A stretch of DNA of 64,000 nt, taken from assembly GCF_018977255.1 (NCBI RefSeq), contig NW_024704742.1, forward strand, positions 26,290,001 through 26,354,000, read 5' to 3'. This document shows, piece by piece, positions 42,379 to 53,965 of this stretch. This DNA is from Callorhinchus milii (Eukaryota). The notes under the pieces are model-generated. The model did no database searches. It saw only the letters and a list, made by a program, of their open reading frames with translations, and had not been told where the DNA came from. The number at the start of each line of letters is the position of its first letter. Positions within the stretch are counted from its first letter, which is position 1. The position numbers and the translations under genes are program-made.

Positions 42379-43877
42379 TTATTATTGTATTGCTCCCTCA
42401 TTCCTGCTAATATTCCAAGTATTATCCTTCGTATTAGCCATAAAATATACAGTCAATCCACTTTACAAAATATTCTTGAGATCCCTCAATGACATGATAA
42501 GAAGCTATAGCAAATACAAGGATAATTATTTTAACACTTGGAGGATAACTGGAGTAAAAGGCCGCATTATAAAAGGGAGTGGGTGAATCCCTGAAGGGCC
42601 TTTGTGTCCAAACAAAGACCAGGCCAAAACATTTTAAGGCTTAGTTCATATTGTTCTAGGGATAAAGGTTAAATTTTAATTGATTGTTCAAATGATGCTG
42701 CATTCTTTGAAATTGTTAACCTCCATCACTTTCACAGAATGTGGCAACATCTATACAGTCAAGTGAAAAGCAGAATTTATCCCTAGAAAAGCTATGTACC
42801 CACCGTTAAAATGTTGAGCCAACTCCACTGGTTTGTAGCTCTCACATCCTGGTTCAGACACTAAAATGGCATCATACATTGACCTGGCTTCTGTTACTCT
42901 CTAGATTTTCATCTTTTTTTAAAAACTTGCTATGAAACCAGCTGGGTTTTTTTTTGCCAATAAAGCAGCTTTTACCGCAAGGATCTCCGGCTCTGTATCT
43001 TTCGCAAAATGCACTTTGTAACTGTTATTGTGGCAGCAACTTTACACAAGTGATATAGACAGAGCATACATCCATACTTTCTGATCTACAGCAATCAAAA
43101 AGGGTTAAATTCTGACACACAATGTGCTCAAATGGAGCTTCAATTAATTGAACCCAACTGATCATTTCAATGATGGAGATTGCTAGTGATCTGTTTACAC
43201 TGTGCTTCTGAGTGCGGCCTGTTGAAAATTCAACTTTCACTTTTTTGACGCAAAACATCAAACAATAATAATCCTTGCATTTAATTTCAAGTCAGGAGGA
43301 AGTCTCAAAATGCTTCAGAAAATTTTACTGTAATGTTTAGTGACTGTGTATTTGTCGGCAAATGTGCTTCAGTTCAGTACTGGGCTGAGAATACGTAGTC
43401 TCACTCTTCACATTTGAACAATACCCAATTTGGCAAGGTAACAGATTGGGACCAGCACCTGTGCACACTACCCCACCCCTATCCCCACTTCCACCCCCCA
43501 CAGTGGATGAGGAGTGGGGGGAGTGTCAAAATGCCTTCAGGATTGGAGTGTGCGGGGAGAGAGAAAAAAATCCAATTTTCAATACAAAATGAAACCATCA
43601 AATATGACAAGAATGATTAGAGACCACAGACAGATGTGAGTTAGGAGTCAGTCAGGATTATCTGGAATTGGGGTCAGAATTAGCTGAAAACCCCTGAGGT
43701 ACACTAACAACAATAGTGCTACTGTCTTAATGCCAGAAGTTTTCATGGGGGTAAGTGGTGAGGGGAGGCAGTGGGTGGGGGGGGGGGGGGAGGAGCAGAT
43801 CCTCATTAGCAGTTACCTCAAGCCTGCGTATTATGGTAAACTCTAATAAAATGCATCATACCTGAGAGAAGAGTGTT

Positions 43878-44140
43878 CGACAACAACAACTGCTTGCATT
43901 TATATAGCACCCCCCACGCAGCGTAGCATTCAAGAGCGCTTGACAGTGGTGGAGCACGTTACCGAGCCAGGCGGAGGTGACCATAGGTTGAAGAGGAAGA
44001 TCTTCAAGTGAGACTTGAAGATGGGGAAGGAAAGCGCAAGGTGGAGGGATAGAGGAAGAGTGTCCCAGAGTTTTAGGGCATAGTGGCTGAAAGAAAGCGC
44101 AGCCATCGATGGTGGAACGGAGAGCACGAGGGACACTCAC
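43878..44140 (-). mobile_element. L2 3' end of a different, older subfamily
   Basis: FSHYALKLWDTLPLSL...FKSHLKIFLF with tail gcgtggggggtgctatataaatgcaagca(gtt)n. Confidence 0.7.
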
Positions 44141-44269
44141 TCAATCAGCTAACTCAGCACAGACAAGGATTTGAAACTAGTGAGTGGTGTATGGTCCAGT
44201 GCTGACCAGAAGGTGCTTCCACCTCTTAAACCCTCAAGGAAGCTCACAATGTGCAAACTTAACTCTGTC

Positions 44270-44492
44270 TTTTGAAACTCCATCCACAATCCTTTCGCCT
44301 TGCCCCCTCCCTTTCTTCCTCTACAGCCCTCCTCTTCGACTGTGCCTTCGGTCAACCTCCTACCCCCACCGTCCTGCCCTCCACCTCTTCTGCTCCCAAA
44401 CCCCAGCTCGGGTGCAAATCGTTGACTGTCCAGCGCCTTGGGAGGCCCTCCCGTTGTCAAAGGCGCTATAAACACATAATATGTTGTTGTTG
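44270..44492 (+). mobile_element. L2 3' end
   Basis: PQSFRLAPSL...LLFDCAF, cagcgccttgggagg...aaaggcgctataaac and (gtt)n. Confidence 0.75.
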
Positions 44493-44786
44493 CTGCGACC
44501 TGAACTCAGGCGCTGGGCTTGAAGGAATTCTTTTGTCAGTCAAGAATTCACATTCCACATTTAATCAATCATATGCTATACCCTGGATTTTAACAACATT
44601 GTCATGCAGCCACTAAAATATATTCCAAGGTATGAGCAAACTTCTAGCCTTCCTTCATGTCCTTGCACCTCCTTACCTATCAGATCTGCTTATCCCCCAC
44701 TTCACCACCCGCTGCCTCCACTCTGCTGGCTCCAGCCTCCTGTTTGTCCCTCATCCCCTCCACTCCACCATTGGATACTACATCCT

Positions 44787-44954
44787 TTTTCAATCCACGA
44801 CTGTTTGTGGGACATTGCTGTGCGCAATTGGCTGCCGCGTTCGCCCACAAATATACAGTCAATTCACTTTACAGTGTGTTCTGTGAAGCGCTTTGGGACG
44901 TCCTCCCGACGTGAAAAGCGCTATATCAAATGCAAGGATTATTATTATTATTAT
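44787..44954 (+). mobile_element. Young SINE 3' half abutting an L2 fragment (44640-44775)
   Basis: Almost identical to 36495-36659. Confidence 0.88.
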
Positions 44955-47900
44955 TGAAGAAAATGACATTCTCCCTGCACAGGGTCTAGGAACAAGCCCT
45001 GTCTATCATAAGCAGCACAACCACTGCAAGAAGCAAGATATTTATCTGGAACCAGCGAACACGAAAACTAGCCTGCAATCGGTTTTGAAGGGATTCTTTG
45101 TAGGGCTGCTACAGACAGCTCAATTCAACATTCGCTATTGAAAGCTAGTGTTCCACAGTAACCAACATGATTTAAAAACATTTAGGCTCAAAGTACTCGT
45201 TGTGTTTGGCAAGGTGCCAAAAAGTCTTGCATTCTGTGTAATTTATGCAAAGCTTGTACTGTAGTTTGTTCACAAAATTCACAGTCACTCCACTTTATAT
45301 ACTAATCCAGTGAAGCACTTTGAGACCTGCCAATGGCAAAGGTTCTATATTATTTGTAAGGATTATTATTACATTTGTTAGAAGACTTCTTGCCAAGAAT
45401 ATTGGCAAGGATCATTTGACAAGGATCACTTAAAATTGCATAAAACCCCTCAATTATTCAGTGAGGTTCTCCAATGGCTATTTTGGTTCAATGCTCTCTT
45501 ATGCTCAGGATAATGCTTCTCAACTTCAAGAAGAATAACAGTGTCCTCAAGTTCCCTTGTTATTTTTTTCTCCCCAAATAGAAACCTTTCAAATCATTTT
45601 TCTGTAATAATGTTATGATTCGATGCCCAGTCCAGAGCATTGTTTGCAAAGGGTTGGTCTCGGTGTCTGTGGAGAAACTTGGCATTGTCATGTCTTGTCA
45701 GATGCTGCCAGCTCAGTTGCCCATCCAGCACGGTGAATGCACTTTGGGTCGTCTTCTCAATGTAAAAGATGCTTTATATCTAAACTGTATTGCCAGAAAT
45801 TGAGCATTTCTCACACCAGTTGCTTCAACTAAATCCATCCATATCAGTACTTAACACTTTGTTGGTACTTTTAAGCTATCACTAAGATAGGGAATTCCTC
45901 AAACTCGATTACATTTAAATGTAGTGTTTTTTGTGTAAATTCATTTTCAGCTGCATTACCTATTTTTATCTCCAGTAGAAGGTAAAAGTAGCTATTTTCT
46001 CAAATGGGTTCACCAACACAAATAGCTGGATGTGAAGAAACAATCACTCCTAAATAAATAATAATCCTTGCATTTGATACAACGCCTTATCACGTCATTA
46101 AGGCGTCTCAAAGCGGTCAAAGAATATATTGTTATTTTGTGGGTGAATGGTGATTGCATCACAACTTAAATCCTGGATATTTTCAGGCATGCATGTACAT
46201 CATAATAATCCTTGCATTTGATACAGCGTCTTTCACGTCAGGAGAATGTCTCAAAGCGCTTCACAGGATTTTACAGTAAAGTGTACATTTCACAAGCGAA
46301 AGCCGATTTGCACACAGCAGTGTCCCATAAACATGAAGCGAATGACCAATTTTAGCTGGGGATTGTTGGCCAGGACCTTGGTAGAAACTCTCATCTCTAC
46401 AGATGTAGAGACATGAAGACGTATTTGTATTTTTTAAGCAAGTTGAGCAACATTTCTGATCCGAGTATTTCTTGTCTTTACACCAGTTGGGTCCTTTTAA
46501 ATGAAAATGGCCATAGTGCATCTTTGCCAGGTGCCAGAGATTTTAAGCTATTGGCATACATGTTCAGTTCAACAAGGTTTACACAAAGATGTGTCTTGTG
46601 GATAAAATTGACAGTTAAGGATTAATGGACTAGTGGGAGTCTTGCAGGCTGTAATTGTAATTGTAGGTCAACTTAAGCTACATATCTAATGGACTATCAG
46701 TTTTACAGTATTTCTTTAATGTGAGTGTCAGGGAATGGATCATTTTTTCCACTTTGTTTCACCTGTGTTGCAGGACAGTTTATTGCTAAAGTGAGTGAGC
46801 GGCCATTCCACAAATCAACTGGCAGCCAAACGTACAACTAATATGAAACCGTTCCTCCCTCAAAGCCATCTCTCTGTTCGTCAAATCATCCATGCAATTT
46901 TGCAAAAATGCTGCATTTGCCCGTCAGATAATCACCCACAAAATATACAGTCAATCCACTTTACAATGTTTTCTGTGAAGCACATTGAGACGTCTCAACA
47001 ACATGATAAGACATTATATCAAATGCAAGGATTATTATTATTACTTATAATCAGCCTATAGGTAAATGAATGAAACAGAAAGTTCTAACTGTGGTGGATC
47101 GCTGGGTCGACACTCCAGGCTGTGCCCAAAAAGGGAGAAGAGTTTCAGGCTCTGATATAGACTCTGTGGCCTCACACTTCACAGTTACTGTTGGAAAGTG
47201 GAAATAAGAGAGAAAACTTTCCGCTCCTTTGCTGGCAGCCTTTTCCCCAAGCTCCAGTTCAGGAGGGAAGTTAAACCTGGCACGAGCTGACTTTTACCAA
47301 CAGGACCAAGTGGAGAATTGTAATACCGTTATCCTGGCTACCAATGAAGTGATTGTAAAATCATACCCTATGTAATCACTAACATTAATTATAAATGGCG
47401 AAGCTATGGAATGGATCATTTTTTCCACTTTGCTGCGCCAGTGTTAGAGCAAGGACTTGCAGGACAGTTTTAGGCCAGGGGCAGAGAAAAGCTCCCACTA
47501 TACTCCTATGAAAAAGTCCCTCAAACCTTTTTTTTCTGGCCTGACACATGCAAAAACCCATCTCAGTGGTTAAAAGTATCCAAACAGTTTCAAGCATCCC
47601 ACCTACACATAGAAATCCCAGAGATGTTTATTGGAATGGAATGTGCACTCTCTCCTTGGAGGGATGCATCTTGCTTACCTAATTCCAGAGAATATTTGGG
47701 GCAGTTGGCAGAAGCCAGGGTTTAGGGACCCAAGAGTGTGCGTTGGCATACTGCTGAAGTCTATCCTACTAAACTGCATAGCTTGCCGTGGAACGCACTG
47801 CCTGGCAAGCTTTCCCACTACTCGTCCTTAAACCTAAACTGCAGAACGGCCACTTGACCAACATACCAGCAGGTAAAGCGTTTCTTTCTACCCCCACCCC

Positions 47901-49693
47901 CAGTAGTAAGAAAAAATAATCAATCAATTTCAGGGATGGAGGAAAGGAGGTGAGAAATTGAAATCAGGGCCCTTTGTTAGCAACTTCATGGGATATACTG
48001 TAAAGTATCGGACTGGGTATTTTGTGTCTGTCTTGAAATTACTCTTTGCAATTCTAAATGTATGTCATCTTGATCTACTATCTTGGAGCACATAAAAATA
48101 ATGTTTTAAAATTGTGAATCGTTAAGACAGACATGCTAGATGCTTAATCTCGCTCATCTCACAATGTATAACCTTGTTCTAGATTTGTACCTTAGCTCTT
48201 TGGAGATGATTTAACCAAGATACTGGTCTAGTCACGTTCATTATCATGACATTCTGCTCTTGTTGCTGTTACTGCCGGTAAACCCCAAGGGGATTATTCC
48301 CTTTAAAAGGAATTTCTCAATTCATTTCAAGTCTATAGGGATATCTGAAGTTCTTAGTTTGGCTTCCTCAGAGCAAACTACCCCAGGCTAGAGATACCTC
48401 AGCTTCTGATACATCAGCTACTGATTGCTTCAGGAATTTGACTGTCTGTATGTTATCCGCATCTGCAAATCAGATGTGGGAAAATAACAAGCACTATTGC
48501 TGGGTGTCTACCCATTGCTTGAAAAAGCCAGCGGCAGGATGGGCAATTTTTAAATCTAACTCCTGGTGCCATATTTATTAAGCAATCTAAAAGCAAGTGT
48601 CCAATTGCAGCAACGATACTGAATAAACCTCTCCTCTAATGAAACCGAGCTACTGAATTACAAACCTCGCTAAAATAACAGACTGCAACAAAAGAACAGC
48701 AAATAAGTTTACGGGCCAACATGTCTGTGGAGAGACATTTTCAGTTCACTTTAAAAAAAACACTATCACAACAATAGCTTTCTGCCAGTGTCCAGGTCAC
48801 CAAAGTTAGAAAGTTATGATGTAAATGTGACAAAGTATTTTGTGGAAAATGGTCTGAAGAAAATCAATGGTTTCTGTGAGATACTAAGTATTAAATGAGA
48901 AATATCTTGTAATTTCTCCCACTCTGCCACCGATGACCATCTATTCTTTTGTACATAGAAGGTGAACAAATAGCACAAATAAAAAAAAAGTATTGTCTGG
49001 ATAAGATGATGGTTTTATTTTTCTGGCTCAAGTCACCAATCTTGGTGCAAAGCAGCGAAAATAGAATCAGAAATGGCATTTCAGTTTTCTGAATTGGCTT
49101 TAACTTCTGCACACACACACAAATACAGCATCGGTCATTTATTCAAAGACTATTTTCCCTTCAGAAAACTGGCATAAAAATATATTTGAACCAATAATGA
49201 ATGGAGATTCACTGTATTTTGACAGACTTCACAGCCTGCCTGGCACAGTGGATGTTCATTATGGAAATGCCAAACGTCAAGATAGTTTACAATAAGATTT
49301 GAGGAAAGGTAGAAGAGAGAGAATTGCTAAATTGCTGTTGTGTAAATAGCCTCTGTACCACATATTTCGGGCTTGAATCTGACTGTGCAGCTTTCAAAAT
49401 GTTGAATATTTCACACCAGTTTACTTTTTTCCATTGAGAAATAACAAAGTTATCAGCAAACATCACAGTGATACAAACCAATTACTCAGACAGCTTGACA
49501 GAGCATTACTTTGAATTCTCTGCAGAAGTGCTGTCACAGCATTAATGCTGAACTTCAGGAGTACACCAGAGGTCACAGTCACCTGAACTGAAGGACAATA
49601 TTGAATTGCACTAACCCGTCATCCCTCCACAATGTTAACTTATATGAGAAAAATGGCAATGTATGGAGTTTATTGTTATGGCAAATACAACTA

Positions 49694-49873
49694 CAGTCAA
49701 ACCTGTCTTCAACAATCTCTTAGAAGACTTGGCCAAAGTGGCCTTTATATAAGGGGGGAACTCTGAATCAGGGTTCATTGACATGTTTACACACATTGTC
49801 CGGGCTGTTCCAGGGTGTTTGTTAACGGAGTTGGTGGCTGAATGGGGGTTGTTTCCTTGAACAGGTTTGACTG
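49694..49873. mobile_element. 180-bp MITE of the Tc1/mariner-pogo (Tigger-like) superfamily
   Basis: Perfect 13-bp terminal inverted repeats (cagtcaaacctgt ... acaggtttgactg), each flanked by TA at 49692-49693 and 49874-49875. Confidence 0.75.
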
Positions 49874-49959
49874 TATAGGTTTGGCTCTGACCTCCTTAAT
49901 CTCTCTTCACACTTACCAAACCAATGCACAACCTGGGCGTCAGGTTTGACCCACAGTTT

Positions 49960-50230
49960 CCTTCCTTCGCCACATCCGGTCCATGACAGGACTGCTTTCC
50001 TCCACCTTCGCCACATTGCCCATCTCCAACCATAGCTTACCCCAGATGCAGCCAAACACTTGTCCATTAATTCATCACCTACCTACTCAGCTTTTCAAAT
50101 GCCCTCTTTGCCGGTTTCCCCAGCTCCGCCATGCACAGGATCCAGCTGAGCCCAAACTCTGCCGTCCGCAAACTCACCCGCACTAAACTCCCATCACATT
50201 AGTTCTGGCCAGGTTCCCCTGGCCCCCTGT
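49960..50230 (+). mobile_element. Old L2 internal fragment
   Basis: ttcctccaccttcgccacattgcc...cagatgcagccaaac corresponds to the L2 HLRNIARL...AAETL region. Confidence 0.6.
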
Positions 50231-50765
50231 CGCCGAACTGTTGTTGTAGTAGTAGGCACAGTTTGTAAATGATTAAAGGATATAGAACACAATAGCACCG
50301 TACAAATTTACTTTCCCCAAAAACATGATCCTTAGCTAAATTCTCAAACTGCATTCCAGCTAGAATTTAGAAGATGAAAACTTTGTCTGATCAATGGTGA
50401 CTTCCCTTTGAAGAGTAGTTGAAAAGCAGATATTAAAATAAAATGCTGTACTGCATCTTATCCTGATATAATCCTCAAATAAGTGATTAAGTGAATGAAG
50501 CAGAAATTCACACCTTCATGATAATGAATCCACACAATGATCCAACCAGCCTTTGATCTCTTTTCATTAAAAAGTGCATGAATACACTTTGTTTTAACTT
50601 CACAAGATCACAGGAGAGGCAAAGAAGACCTTTCAACTCATTTGATCTCATCCTTCCAAGAATATCCACCCTATCCGCCACCTTCCCATTACTGTATTAT
50701 GAATTTGGTTGTTCACTTCATTGGCTGTCTGTGGGACACTGTTGTGCCCAAAATTGGCAACATTT

Positions 50766-51063
50766 AATTCTTGCATTTGATATAGCACTTTTCATGTCTT
50801 CTAGATGTCTCAAAGTGCTTCACAGAATATACTGTAAAGTGAATTGACTGTATATTTGTGGGCAAAATGCAGCAGCCAGTTGTGCACAGCAGTGTTCCAC
50901 AAACAGTCATGGATTGAAGTGACCCTTTTTTAAAAAAAATTCTTGAGGGATTATTATCAGGCATGCGGAGTAAGGAAACCTGAGCAAGGTTTCGCCCTGC
51001 CGGGAATCAAACCCAGGTCTCTTGCTTGCGAGGCAAGTGCTCTAACCAATGAGCCACAGGACG
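50766..51063 (-). mobile_element. tRNA-Deu-L2 SINE (short variant) nested in an older plus-strand DeuSINE (50705-51185)
   Basis: Reverse-strand head and tail, flanked by acattt at 50760-50765 and 51064-51069. Confidence 0.85.
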
Positions 51064-53664
51064 ACATTTGCCTACAACATACAAAAAAGTAATTTCACCT
51101 TACAATATATCATGTGTAGTGCTTTGAGATATCCTCCCCGCATGAATGTTGTTAATATCAAATCCAAGTACTGTATTAGTATTATGAAGGTTTCTTAAAT
51201 TAGTTAAAAATCCTGGTTTAAACTATGATTCCTAAAAGCCTGTTTCACCCGCTTTACAAAGAAATACCTCCTGGTGTCTGTCCTAAACTTAGCCTTCACA
51301 ACCATGAACCTGTACCCTCTTAATCTTTACTGCTGTCTGCAGATGTCATTTTGTATGAAAAGTATTTGCAAATAAATAAGCACACTACTCCAAAACACTT
51401 GACATAGCATTATGCCACAAGCTGGTCAACTTCATTGTAATTGGTATCGCACCTTAACATGTCAGAAAGGTGACTCAAAGCGCTTCAAAGGCTTTTACTG
51501 TATAGTAGAGTGTCTGTATATTTGTGGGTGAACTAATGCTAGTAAATTGATTTGTCTCAGAACCCCAGTTTGCACACTGTCCATGCTTTGCAAGCATTGA
51601 GTAACATTAAGTGGTGAGTGAGCAAATAGTAGTAATAATCCTTGCATTTGATAAAATCCCTTCACTTGAAATTATAGCACCACATCATGTCAAAGCATAT
51701 TGAAGAGCTTCAAAGGTAATTACTCTCAAGTGTAGTGATTGCTTATGTAACAAAACATTGCAGTCAAAAGAGTATGCCAGAATAGGCACAAGAGACAATG
51801 ACAGCATGGTATAGAGGTGATATATGTGAGCTGATTCCCTAAACGTCACACATCAATGAACCTCAGCTCAGAATGATAAAACTGAAACGTACTTTTAGCA
51901 CACATCAGATACAATTAGCCTACAACATCCACGTATCAGGATTTGGGCATCTTCCACAGATACAGTGTGTGACTCATCAGACTGGCCTTGAAGTGACTCA
52001 CTATTGTAGTCAGTTTGGGCAGTATAATGGGAACGTTCTGACAGCTGCAATCTATTCCGTGCAACATTTCAGTGCAGTCTGCTCCCTTGTACATAATGAG
52101 GCCAGACCGATTTGGCAGAGAGATGCATGGTGCACTGGTAGGACAAAACAAAGCCTCTAAAGACCTATGAAAGAATCAAGGGCAGTCAATTTAAAATTGG
52201 CATTGAAACTGCATTGCAGTTCGACTCAAAATAAAGGAATAATGCTTTTCCTTTGTCTACCGTTTGTTTTGCCTCACAAAGGCCAGCAAAAAAAAATGTA
52301 TTCTTCCAATCAAAATTTCATACCCAGGTCCAATACCTGGTCCAACTTTCAGTCCAATTGGAGTGTCGTAATGACAAAAAGTTGTGACTTGGATATGAAA
52401 CACTGGCTGAAATACCACATCTTAAATAAATCTGCTTGCTTCACTGAACCTCTTATCTCTTTGACCTTGCTTCCTCCACTTTTGTAGGTGAATGTATGCA
52501 AAATCTGAAGATTCATATAGGATGGTTCTGGGATTGAGGTCTAAATGTTATGAGAAGCTGGCACAACAGTCTGGCACATTTTCACTGAAGACATTAAAAT
52601 TGAACATGAACATGATTAGGGTCTTTTAAATGCTATTGGGCACTAATGGTGTAGATCTAAGCAAGGTTATTTGACTTGTACTGTGAGTGAAGATCTAGAG
52701 GACAAAGGTTTAAAATTAACAAGTCTCAGGTGAGACCAGAGATTGGAAGGAATTATTTTTCACTGCACAGTAATGGTTATGTGGAGCATACTTCTAACAA
52801 AAGCCATTGATTCTATATTGATTAACTTCTTCAAAGAAATAAATGGATAAGTGTCTAGTTGAGAACAGTGTTGAAGGTTAAAGGCATTGGTACAGACTGA
52901 GATGAGCAAATACTCCAAAAGACAAGGTGACAAGGCTGGGGAATGTGAGAAAGTTGTCCGATGAATAATAATTGTTGGTTTGATTGCCTTTGGGGATCAG
53001 GGAGTATGTGTATAGGAATTTCTCTCGGTAGTTATAGATTGGGTGGCTGGAATTCACAATAGAGTAGAATTTGTTTGATCTGTGAAAGGAAAAGTCTGAA
53101 TTCTCTTTTAATATTTTATGTTCTTAAACTAAGGCTAAATGAGACGATTTTTGGCTGCTGACAGTCCCAGATCAATCTCTAACTTACAACTACTAAAATT
53201 ATTAGGTCACTGCATAAATCACAGGGTTATATGCAGTTTCAGTGATTGTTGCGGTCAGCATCTGGTTAAGACTCTATCCTGTTATTGCTGGGATTTGCAA
53301 CCTGAGTCCCACCTGAGTGAGGACGGCTTTTCGAGAATGGAAATAAATGGATAGTTCTTTCACGTAGCCAGCACAGAAGAGGGCCAAATGGCCTCATCTG
53401 ATGAAAAATTCTACAAACAGACCAAATTTCAAGGAGAAACCATAGTTTTAAGNAAAAAAAGTCCCACTGGCTATGGCGAGGATTAGAAACTCAGCACCAA
53501 GAATACACATCCAGTTCACATAATTGACATGCTGTTCATACCACACCAATGTAAAAGCCTGCTTTCTGTGCTTAAGGTTAAAAGAACCTGACTTTTTGAT
53601 GCTGCACTAAAGTACACACAAAATGTCTGCACACACACAATTCAGCACTGACGCTGCACATCAA

Positions 53665-53965
53665 CAAATTACATTTGGATAGTGCGTTTCACGTCAGAAA
53701 GGCATCCCAAGGTGCTGGACAGTCACGGATTTGGACCCAAGCAAGGAGCTGGGATCGGGGGGCAGAGAGGGTAGGGGTAGGAGGGTAGCCGAATGCACCA
53801 TCGAAGAGGAAGGTCTTGAGACGTGCCTTGAAGGAGTCAAGGGAGGGAGCAAGACAAAGGGACTGTGGGATGGAGTTCCAAAGGGTGGGGGTAGAGATGC
53901 TGAAGGCCCGAATGTCGATGGTGGGCCAGGCCGGGTGGGGGAAGTGGAGCAGGCTGGAGCTTGCT
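53665..53965 (-). mobile_element. L2 3' end
   Basis: gggatggagttcca (WNSIP on the minus strand) and a reverse-strand tail. Confidence 0.8.

Noticed and set aside
43747..43795. G-rich tract or potential G-quadruplex (also 4349-4367)
   Set aside because: Simple poly-G runs are common, homopolymer length may be unreliable, and nothing in the context supports function.
44604..44957. Recurrent ORFs ending ...IQSIHFTV.SVK.F.TS.R.EKRYIKCKDYYYY
   Set aside because: They are translations of the same SINE 3' end, not a protein family.
53453..53453. Single N base
   Set aside because: It is an assembly ambiguity next to a poly-A run and has no biological meaning.
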